64,000 nt of DNA from Paragordius varius (taxonomy: Eukaryota; Animalia; Nematomorpha): positions 13,268,001 through 13,332,000 of the forward strand of contig OZ176052.1 of the NCBI GenBank assembly GCA_964247055.1, read 5' to 3'. This document shows positions 25,431 through 38,500 of the stretch, in pieces; positions within the stretch are counted from its first letter, which is position 1, and each line of letters starts with the position of its first letter. The position numbers and the translations under genes are program-made. The notes under the pieces are model-generated. The model did not search any database. It saw only the letters and a program-made list of their open reading frames with translations, and was not told the origin of the DNA.

Positions 25431-28370
25431 CCTTAAAAATCGGATATTGGTCACCGGTGAGCAAAATAATTTTTTATACATTCTCTAAGTAAGACTACAT
25501 CAAAATATAGAGATAGTTTGACAAACTCTTTCATATCCGATTTTTACAACGATACTTTAAAAATTAATGTATTAAACTAGTCGCATCAATACTCAAGTTA
25601 AACTTTGTCCTTAAAAATCGGATATTGGTCAGCGGTGAGCAAAATTATTTTTTATACATTCTCTTAGCAAGACTACATCAAAATATAGAGATAGTTTGAC
25701 AAACTCTTTCATATCCGATTTTTACAACGATACTTTATAAATTAATGTATAAAACTAGTCGCATCAATACTCAAGTTAAACTTTGTCCTTAAAAATCGGA
25801 TATTGGTCACCGGTGAACAAAATTAGTTTTTATACATTCTCTTAGTAACTACATCAAAATATAGAGATAGTTTGACAAACTCTTTCATATCCGATTTTTA
25901 CAACGATACTTTAAAAATTACTGTATTAAACTAGTCGCATCAATACTCAAGTTAAACTTTGTCCTTAAAAATCGGATATTGGTCACTGGTGAACAAAATT
26001 ATTTTTTATACATTCTCTTAGTAAGACTACATCAAAATATAGAGATAGTTTGACAAACTCTTTCATCTCCGATTTTTACAACGATACTTTAAAAATTAAT
26101 GTATAAAACTAGTCGCATCAATACTCAAGTTAAACTTTGTCCTTAAAAATCGGATATTGGTCACCGGTGAACAAAATTATTTTTTATACATTCTCTTAGT
26201 AGGACTACATCAAAATATAGAGATAGTTTGACAAACTCTTTCATATCCGATTTTTACAACGATACTTTAAAAATTAATGTATTAAACTAGTCGCATCAAT
26301 ACTCAAGTTAAACTTTGTCCTTAAAAATCGGATATTGGTCACCGGTGAACAAAATAATTTTTTATACATTCTCTTAGTAAGACTACATCAAAATATAGAG
26401 ATAGTTTGACAAACTCTTTCATATCCGATTTTTACAACGATACTTTAAAAATTAATGTATTAAACTAGTCGCATCAATACTCAAGTTAAACTTTGTCCTT
26501 AAAAATCGGATATTGGTCACCGGTGAACAAAATAATTTTATATACATTCTCTTAGTAAGACTACATCAAAATATAGAGATAGTTTGACAAACTCTTTCAT
26601 CTCCGATTTTTACAACGATACTTTAAAAATTAATGTATAAAACTAGTCGCATCAATACTCAAGTTAAACTTTGTCCTTAAAAATCGGATATTGGTCACCG
26701 GTGAACAAAATTATTTTTTATACATTCTCTTAGTAGGACTACATCAAAATATAGAGATTGTTTGACAAACTCTTTCATATCCGATTTTTACAACGATACT
26801 TTAAAAATTAATGTATAAAACTAGTCGCATCAATACTCAAGTTAAACTTTATCCTTAAAAATTGGATATTGGTCACCGGTGAACAAAATAATTTTTTATA
26901 CATTCTCTTAGTAAGACTACATCAAAATATAGAGATAGTTTGACAAACTCTTTCATCTCCGATTTTTACAACGATACTTTAAAAATTAATGTATAAAACT
27001 AGTCGCATCAATATTCAAGTTAAACTTTGTCCTTAAAAATCGGATATTGGTCACCGGTGAACAAAATTATTTTTTATACATTCTCTTAGTAAGACTACAT
27101 CAAAATATAGAGATAGTTTGACAAACTCTTTCATATCCGATTTTTACAACGATACTTTAAAAATTAATGTATTAAACTAGTCGCATCAATACTCAAGTTA
27201 AACTTTGTCCTTAAAAATCGGATATTGGTCACCGGTGAACAAAATTATTTTTTATACATTCTCTTAGTAAGACTACATCAAAATATAGAGATTGTTTGAC
27301 AAACTCTTTCATATCCGATTTTTACAACGATACTTTAAAAATTAATGTATAAAACTAGTCGCATCAATACTCAAGTTAAACTTTATCATTAAAAATTGGA
27401 TATTGGTCACCGGTGAACAAAATTATTTTTTATACATTCTATTAGTAAGACTACATCAAAATATATAGATAGTTTGACAAACTCTTTCATATCCGATTTT
27501 TACAACGATACTTTAAAAATTATGGTATTAAACCAGTCGCATCAATACTCAAGTTAAACTTTGTCCTTAAAAATCGGATATTGGTCACCGGTGAACAAAA
27601 TTATTTTTTATTTATTCTCTTAGTAAGACTACATCAAAATATAGAGATTGTTTGACAAACTCTTTCATATCCGATTTTTACAACGATACTTTAAAAATTA
27701 ATGTATAAAACTAGTCGCATCAACACTCAAGTTAAACTTTATCCTTAAAAATTGGATATTGGTCACCGGTGAACAAAATTATTTTTTATACATTCTCTTA
27801 GTAAGACTACATCAAAATATAGAGATAGTTTGACAAACTCTTTCATATCCGATTTTTACAACGATACTTTAAAAATTAATGTGTTAAACTAGTGGCATCA
27901 ATACTCAAGTTAAACTTTGTCCTTAAAAATCGGATATTGGTCACCGGTGAACAAAATTATTTTCTATACATTCTCTTAGTAATTACATCAAAATATAGAG
28001 ATAGTTTGACAAACTCTTTCATATCCGATTTTTACAACGATACATTAAAAATTACTGTATTAAACTAGTCGCATCAATACTCAAGTTAAACTTTGTCCTT
28101 AAAAATCGGATATTGGTCACCGGTGAGCAAAATAATTTTTTATACATTCTCTAAGTAAGACTACATCAAAATATAGAGATAGTTTGACAAACTCTTTCAT
28201 ATCCGATTTTTACAACGATACTTTAAAAATTAATGTATTAAACTAGTCGCATCAATACTCAAGTTAAACTTTGTCCTTAAAAATCGGATATTGGTCAGCG
28301 GTGAACAAAATTATTTTTTATACATTCTCTTAGCAAGACTACATCAAAATATAGAGATAGTTTGACAAAC
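24080..28370 (+). repeat. Repeat of about 24080-25700 at about 26750-28370 (15-monomer offset, 2666 bp)
   Basis: TCAATATTC 24342/27008, plus TATCATT, CAACAC, GGTGAGC, CTAAGT and GTCAGCGG at the same offset. Confidence 0.85.
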
Positions 28371-31199
28371 TCTTTCATATCCGATTTTTACAACGATACT
28401 TTAAAAATTAATGTATTAAACTAGTCGCATCAATACTCAAGTTAAACTTTGTCCTTAAAAATCGGATATTGGTCACCGGTGAACAAAATTATTTTTTATA
28501 CATTCTCTTCGCAAGACTACATCAAAATATAGAGATAGTTTGACAAACTCTTTCATATCCGATTTTTACAACGATACTTTATAAATTAATGTATAAAACT
28601 AGTCGTATCAATAAGTCACATCAATACTCAAGTTAAACTTTTTCCTTAAAAATCGGATATTGGTCACCGGTGAACAAAATAATTTTTTATACATTCTCTT
28701 AGTAAGACTACATCAAAATATAGAGATACTTTGACAAACTCTTTCATATCCGATTTTTACAACGATACTTTAAAAATTATGGTATTAAACCAGTCGCATC
28801 AATACTCAAGTTAAACTTTGTCCTTAAAAATCGGATATTGGTCACCGGTGAACAAAATAATTTTTTATACATTCTCTTAGTAAGACTACATCAAAATATA
28901 GAGATTGTTTGACAAACTCTTTCATATCCGATTTTTACAACGATACTTTAAAAATTACTGTATTAAACTAGTCGCATCAATACTCAAGTTAAACTTTGTC
29001 CTTAAAAATCGGATATTGGTCACCGGTGAACAAAATAATTTTATATACATTCTCTTAGTAAGACTACATCAAAATATAGAGATAGTTTGACAAACTCTTT
29101 CATCTCCGATTTTTACAACGATACTTTAAAAATTAATGTATAAAACTAGTCGCATCAATACTCAAGTTAAACTTTGTCCTTAAAAATAGGATATTGGTCA
29201 CCGGTGAACAAAATTATTTTTTATACATTCTATTAGTAAGACTACATCAAAATATATAGATAGTTTGACAAACTCTTTCATATCCGATTTTTACAACGAT
29301 ACTTTAAAAATTATGGTATTAAACCAGTCGCATCAATACTCAAGTTAAACTTTGTCCTTAAAAATCGGATATTGGTCACCGGTGAACAAAATTATTTTTT
29401 ATACATTCTCTTAGTAAGATTACATCAAAATATAGAGATAGTTTGACAAACTCTTTCATCTCCGATTTTTACAACGATACTTTAAAAATTAATGTATAAA
29501 ACTAGTCGCATCAATACTCAAGTTAAACTTTATCATTAAAAATTGGATATTGGTCACCGGTGAACAAAATTATTTTTTATACATTCCATTAGTAAGACTA
29601 CATCAAAATATATAGATAGTTTGACAAACTCTTTCATATCCGATTTTTACAACGATACTTTAAAAATTATGGTATTAAACCAGTCGCATCAATACTCAAG
29701 TTAAACTTTGTCCTTAAAAATCGGATATTGGTCACCGGTGAACAAAATTATTTTTTATACATTCTCTTAGTAAGACTACATCAAAATATAGAGATTGTTT
29801 GACAAACTCTTTCATATCCGATTTTTACAACGATACTTTAAAAATTAATGTATAAAACTAGTCGCATCAACACTCAAGTTAAACTTTATCCTTAAAAATT
29901 GGATATTGGTCACCGGTGAACAAAATTATTTTTTATACATTCTCTTAGTAAGACTACATCAAAATATAGAGATAGTTTGACAAACTCTTTCATATCCGAT
30001 TTTTACAACGATACTTTAAAAATTAATGTGTTAAACTAGTGGCATCAATACTCAAGTTAAACTTTGTCCTTAAAAATCGGATATTGGTCACCGGTGAACA
30101 AAATTATTTTCTATACATTCTCTTAGTAATTACATCAAAATATAGAGATAGTTTGACAAACTCTTTCATATCCGATTTTTACAACGATACATTAAAAATT
30201 ACTGTATTAAACTAGTCGCATCAATACTCAAGTTAAACTTTGTCCTTAAAAATCGGATATTGGTCACCGGTGAGCAAAATAATTTTTTATACATTCTCTA
30301 AGTAAGACTACATCAAAATATAGAGATAGTTTGACAAACTCTTTCATATCCGATTTTTACAACGATACTTTAAAAATTAATGTATTAAACTAGTCGCATC
30401 AATACTCAAGTTAAACTTTGTCCTTAAAAATCGGATATTGGTCAGCGGTGAACAAAATAATTTTTTATACATTCTCTTAGCAAGACTACATCAAAATATA
30501 GAGATAGTGTGACAAACTCTTTCATATCCGATTTTTACAATACTTTAAAAATTAATGTATAAAACTAGTCGCATGATTACTCAAGTTAAACTTTGTCCTT
30601 AAAAATCGTATATTGGTCACCGGTGAACAAAATAATTTTTTATACATTCTCTTAGTAAGACTACATCAAAATATAGAGATACTTTACAAACTCTTTCATA
30701 TCCGATTTTTACAACGATACTTTAAAAATTAATGTATTAAACTAGTCGCATCAATACTCAAGTTAAACTTTGTCCTTAAAAATCGGATATTGGTCACCGG
30801 TGAACAAAATAATTTTTTATACATTCTCTTAGTAAGACTACATCAAAATATAGAGATAGTTTGACAAACTCTTTCATATCCGATTTTTACAACGATACTT
30901 TAAAAATTAATGTATTAAACTAGTCGCATCAATACTCAAGTTAAACTTTGTCCTTAAAAATCGGATATTGGTCACCGGTGAACAAAATTATTTTTTATAC
31001 ATTCTCTTAGCAAGACTACATCAAAATATAGAGATAGTTTGACAAACTCTTTCATATCCGATTTTTACAACGATACTTTAAAAATTAATGTATTAAACTA
31101 GTCGCATCAATACTCAAGTTAAACTTTGTCCTTAAAAATCGGATATTGGTCACCGGTGAACAAAATTATTTTTTATACATTCTCTTAGCAAGACTACAT

Positions 31200-32620
31200 C
31201 AAAATATAGAGATAGTTTGACAAACTCTTTCATATCCGATTTTTACAACGATACTTTAAAAATTATGGTATTAAACCAGTCGCATCAATACTCAAGTTAA
31301 ACTTTGTCCTTAAAAATCGGATATTGGTCACCGGTGAACAAAGTGATTTTTTATACATTCTCTTAGTAAGACTACATCAAAATATAGAGATAGTTTGACA
31401 AACTCTTTCATATCCGATTTTTACAACGATACTTTAAAAATTAATGTATAAAACTAGTCGCATCAATACTCAAGTTAAACTTTATCCTTAAAAATTGGAT
31501 ATTGGTCACCGGTGAACAAAATTATTTTTTATACATTCTCTTAGTAAGACTACATCAAAATATAGAGATAGTTTGACAAACTCTTTCATATCCGATTTTT
31601 AAAACGATACTTTAAAATGTATTAAACTAGTCGCATCAATACTCAAGTTAAACTTTGTCCTTAAAAATCGGATATTGGTCACCGGTGAACAAAATAATTT
31701 TTTATACATTCTCTTAGCAAGACTACATCAAAATATAGAGATAGTTTGACAAACTCTTTCATATCCGATTTTTACAACGATACTTTAAAAATTATGGTAT
31801 TAAACTAGTCGCATCAATACTCAAATTAAACTTTGTCCTTAAAAATCGGATCTTGGTCACCGGTGAACAAAATTATTTTTTATACATTCTCTTAGTAAGA
31901 CTACATCAAAATATAGAGATAGTTTGACAAACTCTTTCATATCCGATTTTTACAACGATACTTTAAAAATTATGGTATTAAACCAGTCGCATCAATACTC
32001 AAGTTAAACTTTGTCCTTAAAAATCGGATATTGGTCACCGGTGAACAAAGTGATTTTTTATACATTCTCTTAGTAAGACTACATCAAAATATAGAGATAG
32101 TTTGACAAACTCTTTCATATCCGATTTTTACAACGATACTTTAAAAATTAATGTATAAAACTAGTCGCATCAATACTCAAGTTAAACTTTATCCTTAAAA
32201 ATTGGATATTGGTCACCGGTGAACAAAATTATTTTTTATACATTCTCTTAGTAAGACTACATCAAAATATAGAGATAGTTTGACAAACTCTTTCATATCC
32301 GATTTTTAAAACGATACTTTAAAATGTATTAAACTAGTCGCATCAATACTCAAGTTAAACTTTGTCCTTAAAAATCGGATATTGGTCACCGGTGAACAAA
32401 ATAATTTTTTATACATTCTCTTAGCAAGACTACATCAAAATATAGAGATAGTTTGACAAACTCTTTCATATCCGATTTTTACAACGATACTTTAAAAATT
32501 ATGGTATTAAACTAGTCGCATCAATACTCAAATTAAACTTTGTCCTTAAAAATCGGATCTTGGTCACCGGTGAACAAAATTATTTTTTATACATTCTCTT
32601 AGTAAGACTACATCAAAATA
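31200..32620 (+). repeat. 4-monomer higher-order repeat, period 707 bp (4x178-5), 2 copies
   Basis: AAGTGATT 31341/32048, the 5-bp deletion TTTAAAATGT, TTTAAAACG and CGGATCTTGG all recur at offset 707. Confidence 0.9.
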
Positions 32621-33429
32621 TAGAGATAGTTTGACAAACTCTTTCATATCCGATTTTTACAACGATACTTTAAAAATTAATGTATAAAACTAGTCGCATC
32701 AATACTCAAGTTAAACTTTATCATTAAAAATTGGATATTGGTCACCGGTGAACAAAATTATTTTTTGTACATTCTCTTAGTAAGAATACATCAAAATATA
32801 GAGATAGTTTGACAAACTCTTTCATATCCGATTTTTACAACGATACTTTAAAAATTAATGTATAAAACTAGTCGCATCAATACTCAAGTTAAACTTTATC
32901 CTTAAAAATTGGATATTGGTCACCGGTGAACAAAATAATTTTTTATACATTCTCTTAGTAAGACTACATCAAAATATAGAGATAGTTTGACAAACTCTTT
33001 CATATCCGATTTTTACAACGATACTTTAAAAATTAATGTCTTAAACTAGTGGCATCAATACTCAAGTTAAACTTTGTCCTTAAAAATCGGATATTGGTCA
33101 CCGGTGAACAAAATTATTTTCTATACATTCTCTTAGTAATTACATAAAAATATAGAGATAGTTTGACAAACTCTTTCATATCCGATTTTTACAACGATAC
33201 ATTAAAAATTACTGTATTAAACTAGTCGCATCTATACTCAAGTTAAACTTTGTCCTTAAAAATCGGATATTGGTCACCGGTGAACAAAATAATTTTTTAT
33301 ACATTCTCTTAGTAAGACTACATCAAAATATAGAGATAGTTTGACAAACTCTTTCATATCCGATTTTTACAACGATACTTTAAAAATTAATGTATTAAAC
33401 TAGTCGCATCAATACTCAAGTTAAACTTT

Positions 33430-35550
33430 GTCCTTAAAAATAGGATATTGGTCACCGGTGAACAAAATTATTTTTTATACATTCTCTTAGCAAGACTACA
33501 TCAAAATATAGAGATAGTGTGACAAACTCTTTCATATCCGATTTTTACAATACTTTAAAAATTAATGTATAAAACTAGTCGCATGATTACTCAAGTTAAA
33601 CTTTGTCCTTAAAAATCGTATATTGGTCACCGGTGAACAAAATAATTTTTTATACATTCTCTTAGTAAGACTACATCAAAATATAGAGATAGTTTGACAA
33701 ACTCTTTCATATCCGATTTTTACAACGATACATTAAAAATTACTGTATTAAACTAGTCGCATCAATACTCAAGTTAAACTTTGTCCTTAAAAATCGGATA
33801 TTGGTCACCGGTGAACAAAATAATTTTTTATACATTCTCTTAGTAAGACTACATCAAAATATAGAGATAGTTTGACAAACTCTTTCATATCCGATTTTTA
33901 CAACGATACTTTAAAAATTAATGTATAAAACTAGTCGCATGATTACTCAAGTTAAACTTTGTCCTTAAAAATCGGATATTGGTCACCGGTGAACAAAATT
34001 ATTTTTTATACATTCTCTTAGTAGGACTACATATAAATATAGAGATAGTTTGGCAAACTCTTTCATATCCGATTTTTACAATACTTTAAAAATTAATGTA
34101 TAAAACTAGTCGCATGATTACTCAAGTTAAACTTTGTCCTTAAAAATCGTATATTGGTCACCGGTGAACAAAATAATTTTTTATACATTCTCTTAGTAAG
34201 ACTACATCAAAATATAGAGATAGTTTGACAAACTCTTTCATATCCGATTTTTACAACGATACTTTAAAAATTATGGTATTAAACTAGTCGCATCAATACT
34301 CAAATTAAACTTTGTCCTTAAAAATCGGATATTGGTCACCAGTGAACCTAATAATTTTTTATACATTCTCTTAGTAAGACTACATCAAAATATAGAGATA
34401 GTTTGACAAACTCTTTCATATCCGATTTTTACAACGATACTTTATAAATTAATGTATAAAACTAGTCGTATCAATACTCAAGTTAAACTTTGTCCTTAAA
34501 AATAGGATATTGGTCACCGGTGAACAAAATTATTTTTTATACATTCTCTTAGCAAGACTACATCAAAATATAGAGATAGTGTGACAAACTCTTTCATATC
34601 CGATTTTTACAATACTTTAAAAATTAATGTATAAAACTAGTCGCATGATAACTCAAGTTAAACTTTGTCCTTAAAAATCGTATATTGGTCACCGGTGAAC
34701 AAAATAATTTTTTATACATTGTCTTAGTAAGACTACATCAAAATATAGAGATAGTTTGACAAACTCTTTCATATCCGATTTTTACAACGATACATTAAAA
34801 ATTACTGTATTAAACTAGTCGCATCAATACTCAAGTTAAACTTTGTCCTTAAAAATCGGATATTGGTCACCGGTGAACAAAATAATTTTTTATACATTCT
34901 CTTAGTAAGACTACATCAAAATATAGAGATAGTTTGACAAACTCTTTCATATCCGATTTTTACAACGATACTTTAAAAATTAATGTATAAAACTAGTCGC
35001 ATGATTACTCAAGTTAAACTTTGTCCTTAAAAATCGGATATTGGTCACCGGTGAACAAAATTATTTTTTATACATTCTCTTAGTAGGACTACATATAAAT
35101 ATAGAGATAGTTTGGCAAACTCTTTCATATCCGATTTTTACAATACTTTAAAAATTAATGTATAAAACTAGTCGCATGATTACTCAAGTTAAACTTTGTC
35201 CTTAAAAATCGTATATTGGTCACCGGTGAACAAAATAATTTTTTATACATTCTCTTAGTAAGACTACATCAAAATATAGAGATAGTTTGACAAACTCTTT
35301 CATATCCGATTTTTACAACGATACTTTAAAAATTATGGTATTAAACTAGTCGCATCAATACTCAAATTAAACTTTGTCCTTAAAAATCGGATATTGGTCA
35401 CCAGTGAACAAAATAATTTTTTATACATTCTCTTAGTAAGACTACATCAAAATATAGAGATAGTTTGACAAACTCTTTCATATCCGATTTTTACAACGAT
35501 ACTTTATAAATTAATGTATAAAACTAGTCGTATCAATACTCAAGTTAAAC
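33430..35550 (+). repeat. 6-monomer higher-order repeat, period 1062 bp (6x178-6), 2 copies
   Basis: TAGGAT 33441/34503, GTGTGAC, CAGTG 34340/35402 and ACTAGTCGTA 34461/35523. Confidence 0.88.
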
Positions 35551-38500
35551 TTTATCCTTAAAAATTGGATATTGGTCACCGGTGAACAAAATAATTTTTT
35601 ATACATTCTCTTAGCAAGACTACATCAAAATATAGAGATAGTTTGACAAACTCTTTCATATCCGATTTTTACAACGATACTTTAAAAATTAATGTATTAA
35701 ACTAGTCGCATCAATACTCAAGTTAAACTTTGTCCTTAAAAATCGGATATTGGTCACCGGTTAACAAAATTATTTTTTATACATTCTTTTCGCAAGACTA
35801 CATCAAAATATAGAGATAGTTTGACAAACTCTTTCATATCCGATTTTTACAACGATACTTTATAAATTAATGTATAAAACTAGTCGCATGATCACTCAAG
35901 TTAAACTTTGTCCTTAAAAATCGGATATTGGTCACCGGTGAACAAAATTATTTTTTATACATTCTCTTAGTAGGACTACATATAAATATAGAGATAGTTT
36001 GGCAAACTCTTTCATATCCGATTTTTACAATACTTTAAAAATTAATGTATAAAACTAGTCGCATGATTACTCAAGTTAAACTTTGTCCTTAAAAATCGGA
36101 TATTGGTCACCGGTGAACAAAATAATTTTTTATACATTCTCTTAGTTAGACTACATCAAAATATAGAGATAGTTTGACAAACTCTTTCATATCCGATTTT
36201 TACAACGATACTTTAAAAATTAATGTATAAAACTAGTCGCATGATTACTCAAGTTAAACTTTGTCCTTAAAAATCGGATATTGGTCACCGGTGAACAAAA
36301 TTATTTTTTATACATTCTCTTAGTAGGACTACATATAAATATAGAGATAGTTTGGCAAACTCTTTCATATCCGATTTTTACAATACTTTAAAAATTAATG
36401 TATAAAACTAGTCGCATGATTACTCAAGTTAAACTTTGTCCTTAAAAATCGTATATTGGTCACCGGTGAACAAAATAATTTTTTATACATTCTCTTAGTA
36501 AGACTACATCAAAATATAGAGATAGTTTGACAAACTCTTTCATATCCGATTTTTACAACGATACTTTAAAAATTAATGTATAAAACTAGTCGCATGATTA
36601 CTCAAGTTAAACTTTGTCCTTAAAAATCGGATATTGGTCACCGGTGAACAAAATTATTTTTTATACATTCTCTTAGTAGGACTACATATAAATATAGAGA
36701 TAGTTTGGCAAACTCTTTCATATCCGATTTTTACAATACTTTAAAAATTAATGTATAAAACTAGTCGCATGATTACTCAAGTTAAACTTTGTCCTTAAAA
36801 ATCGTATATTGGTCACCGGTGAACAAAATAATTTTTTATACATTCTCTTAGTAAGACTACATCAAAATATAGAGATAGTTTGACAAACTCTTTCATATCC
36901 GATTTTTACAACGATACTTTAAAAATTATGGTATTAAACTAGTCGCATCAATACTCAAATTAAACTTTGTCCTTAAAAATCGGATATTGGTCACCAGTGA
37001 ACAAAATAATTTTTTATACATTCTCTTTGTAAGACTACATCAAAATATAGAGATAGTTTGACAAACTCTTTCATATCCGATTTTTACAACGATACTTTAT
37101 AAATTAATGTATAAAACTAGTCGTATCAATACTCAAGTTAAACTTTATCCTTAAAAATTGGATATTGGTCACCGGTGAACAAAATAATTTTTTATACATT
37201 CTCTTAGCAAGACTACATCAAAATATAGAGATAGTTTGACAAACTCTTTCATATCCGATTTTTACAACGATACTTTAAAAATTAATGTATTAAACTAGTC
37301 GCATCAATACTCAAGTTAAACTTTGTCCTTAAAAATCGGATATTGGTCACCGGTTAACAAAATTATTTTTTATACATTCTTTTCGCAAGACTACATCAAA
37401 ATATAGAGATAGTTTGACAAACTCTTTCATATCCGATTTTTACAACGATACTTTATAAATTAATGTATAAAACTAGTCGCATGATCACTCAAGTTAAACT
37501 TTGTCCTTAAAAATCGGATATTGGTCACCGGTGAACAAAATTATTTTTTATACATTCTCTTAGTAGGACTACATATAAATATAGAGATAGTTTGGCAAAC
37601 TCTTTCATATCCGATTTTTACAATACTTTAAAAATTAATGTATAAAACTAGTCGCATGATTACTCAAGTTAAACTTTGTCCTTAAAAATCGGATATTGGT
37701 CACCGGTGAACAAAATAATTTTTTATACATTCTCTTAGTTAGACTACATCAAAATATAGAGATAGTTTGACAAACTCTTTCATATCCGATTTTTACAACG
37801 ATACTTTAAAAATTAATGTATAAAACTAGTCGCATGATTACTCAAGTTAAACTTTGTCCTTAAAAATCGGATATTGGTCACCGGTGAACAAAATTATTTT
37901 TTATACATTCTCTTAGTAGGACTACATATAAATATAGAGATAGTTTGGCAAACTCTTTCATATCCGATTTTTACAATACTTTAAAAATTAATGTATAAAA
38001 CTAGTCGCATGATTACTCAAGTTAAACTTTGTCCTTAAAAATCGTATATTGGTCACCGGTGAACAAAATAATTTTTTATACATTCTCTTAGTAAGACTAC
38101 ATCAAAATATAGAGATAGTTTGACAAACTCTTTCATATCCGATTTTTACAACGATACTTTAAAAATTATGGTATTAAACTAGTCGCATCAATACTCAAAT
38201 TAAACTTTGTCCTTAAAAATCGGATATTGGTAACCAGTGAACAAAATAATTTTTTATATATTCTCTTAGTAATACTACATCAAAATATAGAGATAGTTTG
38301 ACAAACTCTTTCATATCCGATTTTTACAACGATACTTTATAAATTAATGTATAAAACTAGTCGTATCAATACTCAAGTTAAACTTTATCCTTAAAAATTG
38401 GATATTGGTCACCGGTGAACAAAATAATTTTTTATACATTCTCTTAGCAAGACTACATCAAAATATAGAGATAGTTTGACAAACTCTTTCATATCCGATT
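35200..38500 (+). repeat. 9-monomer unit (1593 bp) followed by a 7-monomer version (1240 bp) that lacks one internal 353-bp dimer
   Basis: CGGTTAAC 35758/37351, TTTTCGC, GATCAC and TTAGTTAG at offset 1593. The GATTAC/TAGGACT/TTTGGC/-3 dimer is present once more in the first unit. Confidence 0.8.

Noticed and set aside
7338-29090. Seven 61-aa ORFs (MFDKLFHIRF...) at 7338, 8762, 10009, 20357, 21425, 23736 and 28905
   Set aside because: Each spans one satellite monomer. They exist only where GATAG>GATTG makes a TTG start and TAATGT>TACTGT removes the only internal stop in that frame. There is no ATG and no recognisable protein, and the copies follow HOR offsets (1424, 13019, 2311). A nearly stop-free frame in one of six frames of a 60-codon unit is not improbable enough to imply a coding origin.
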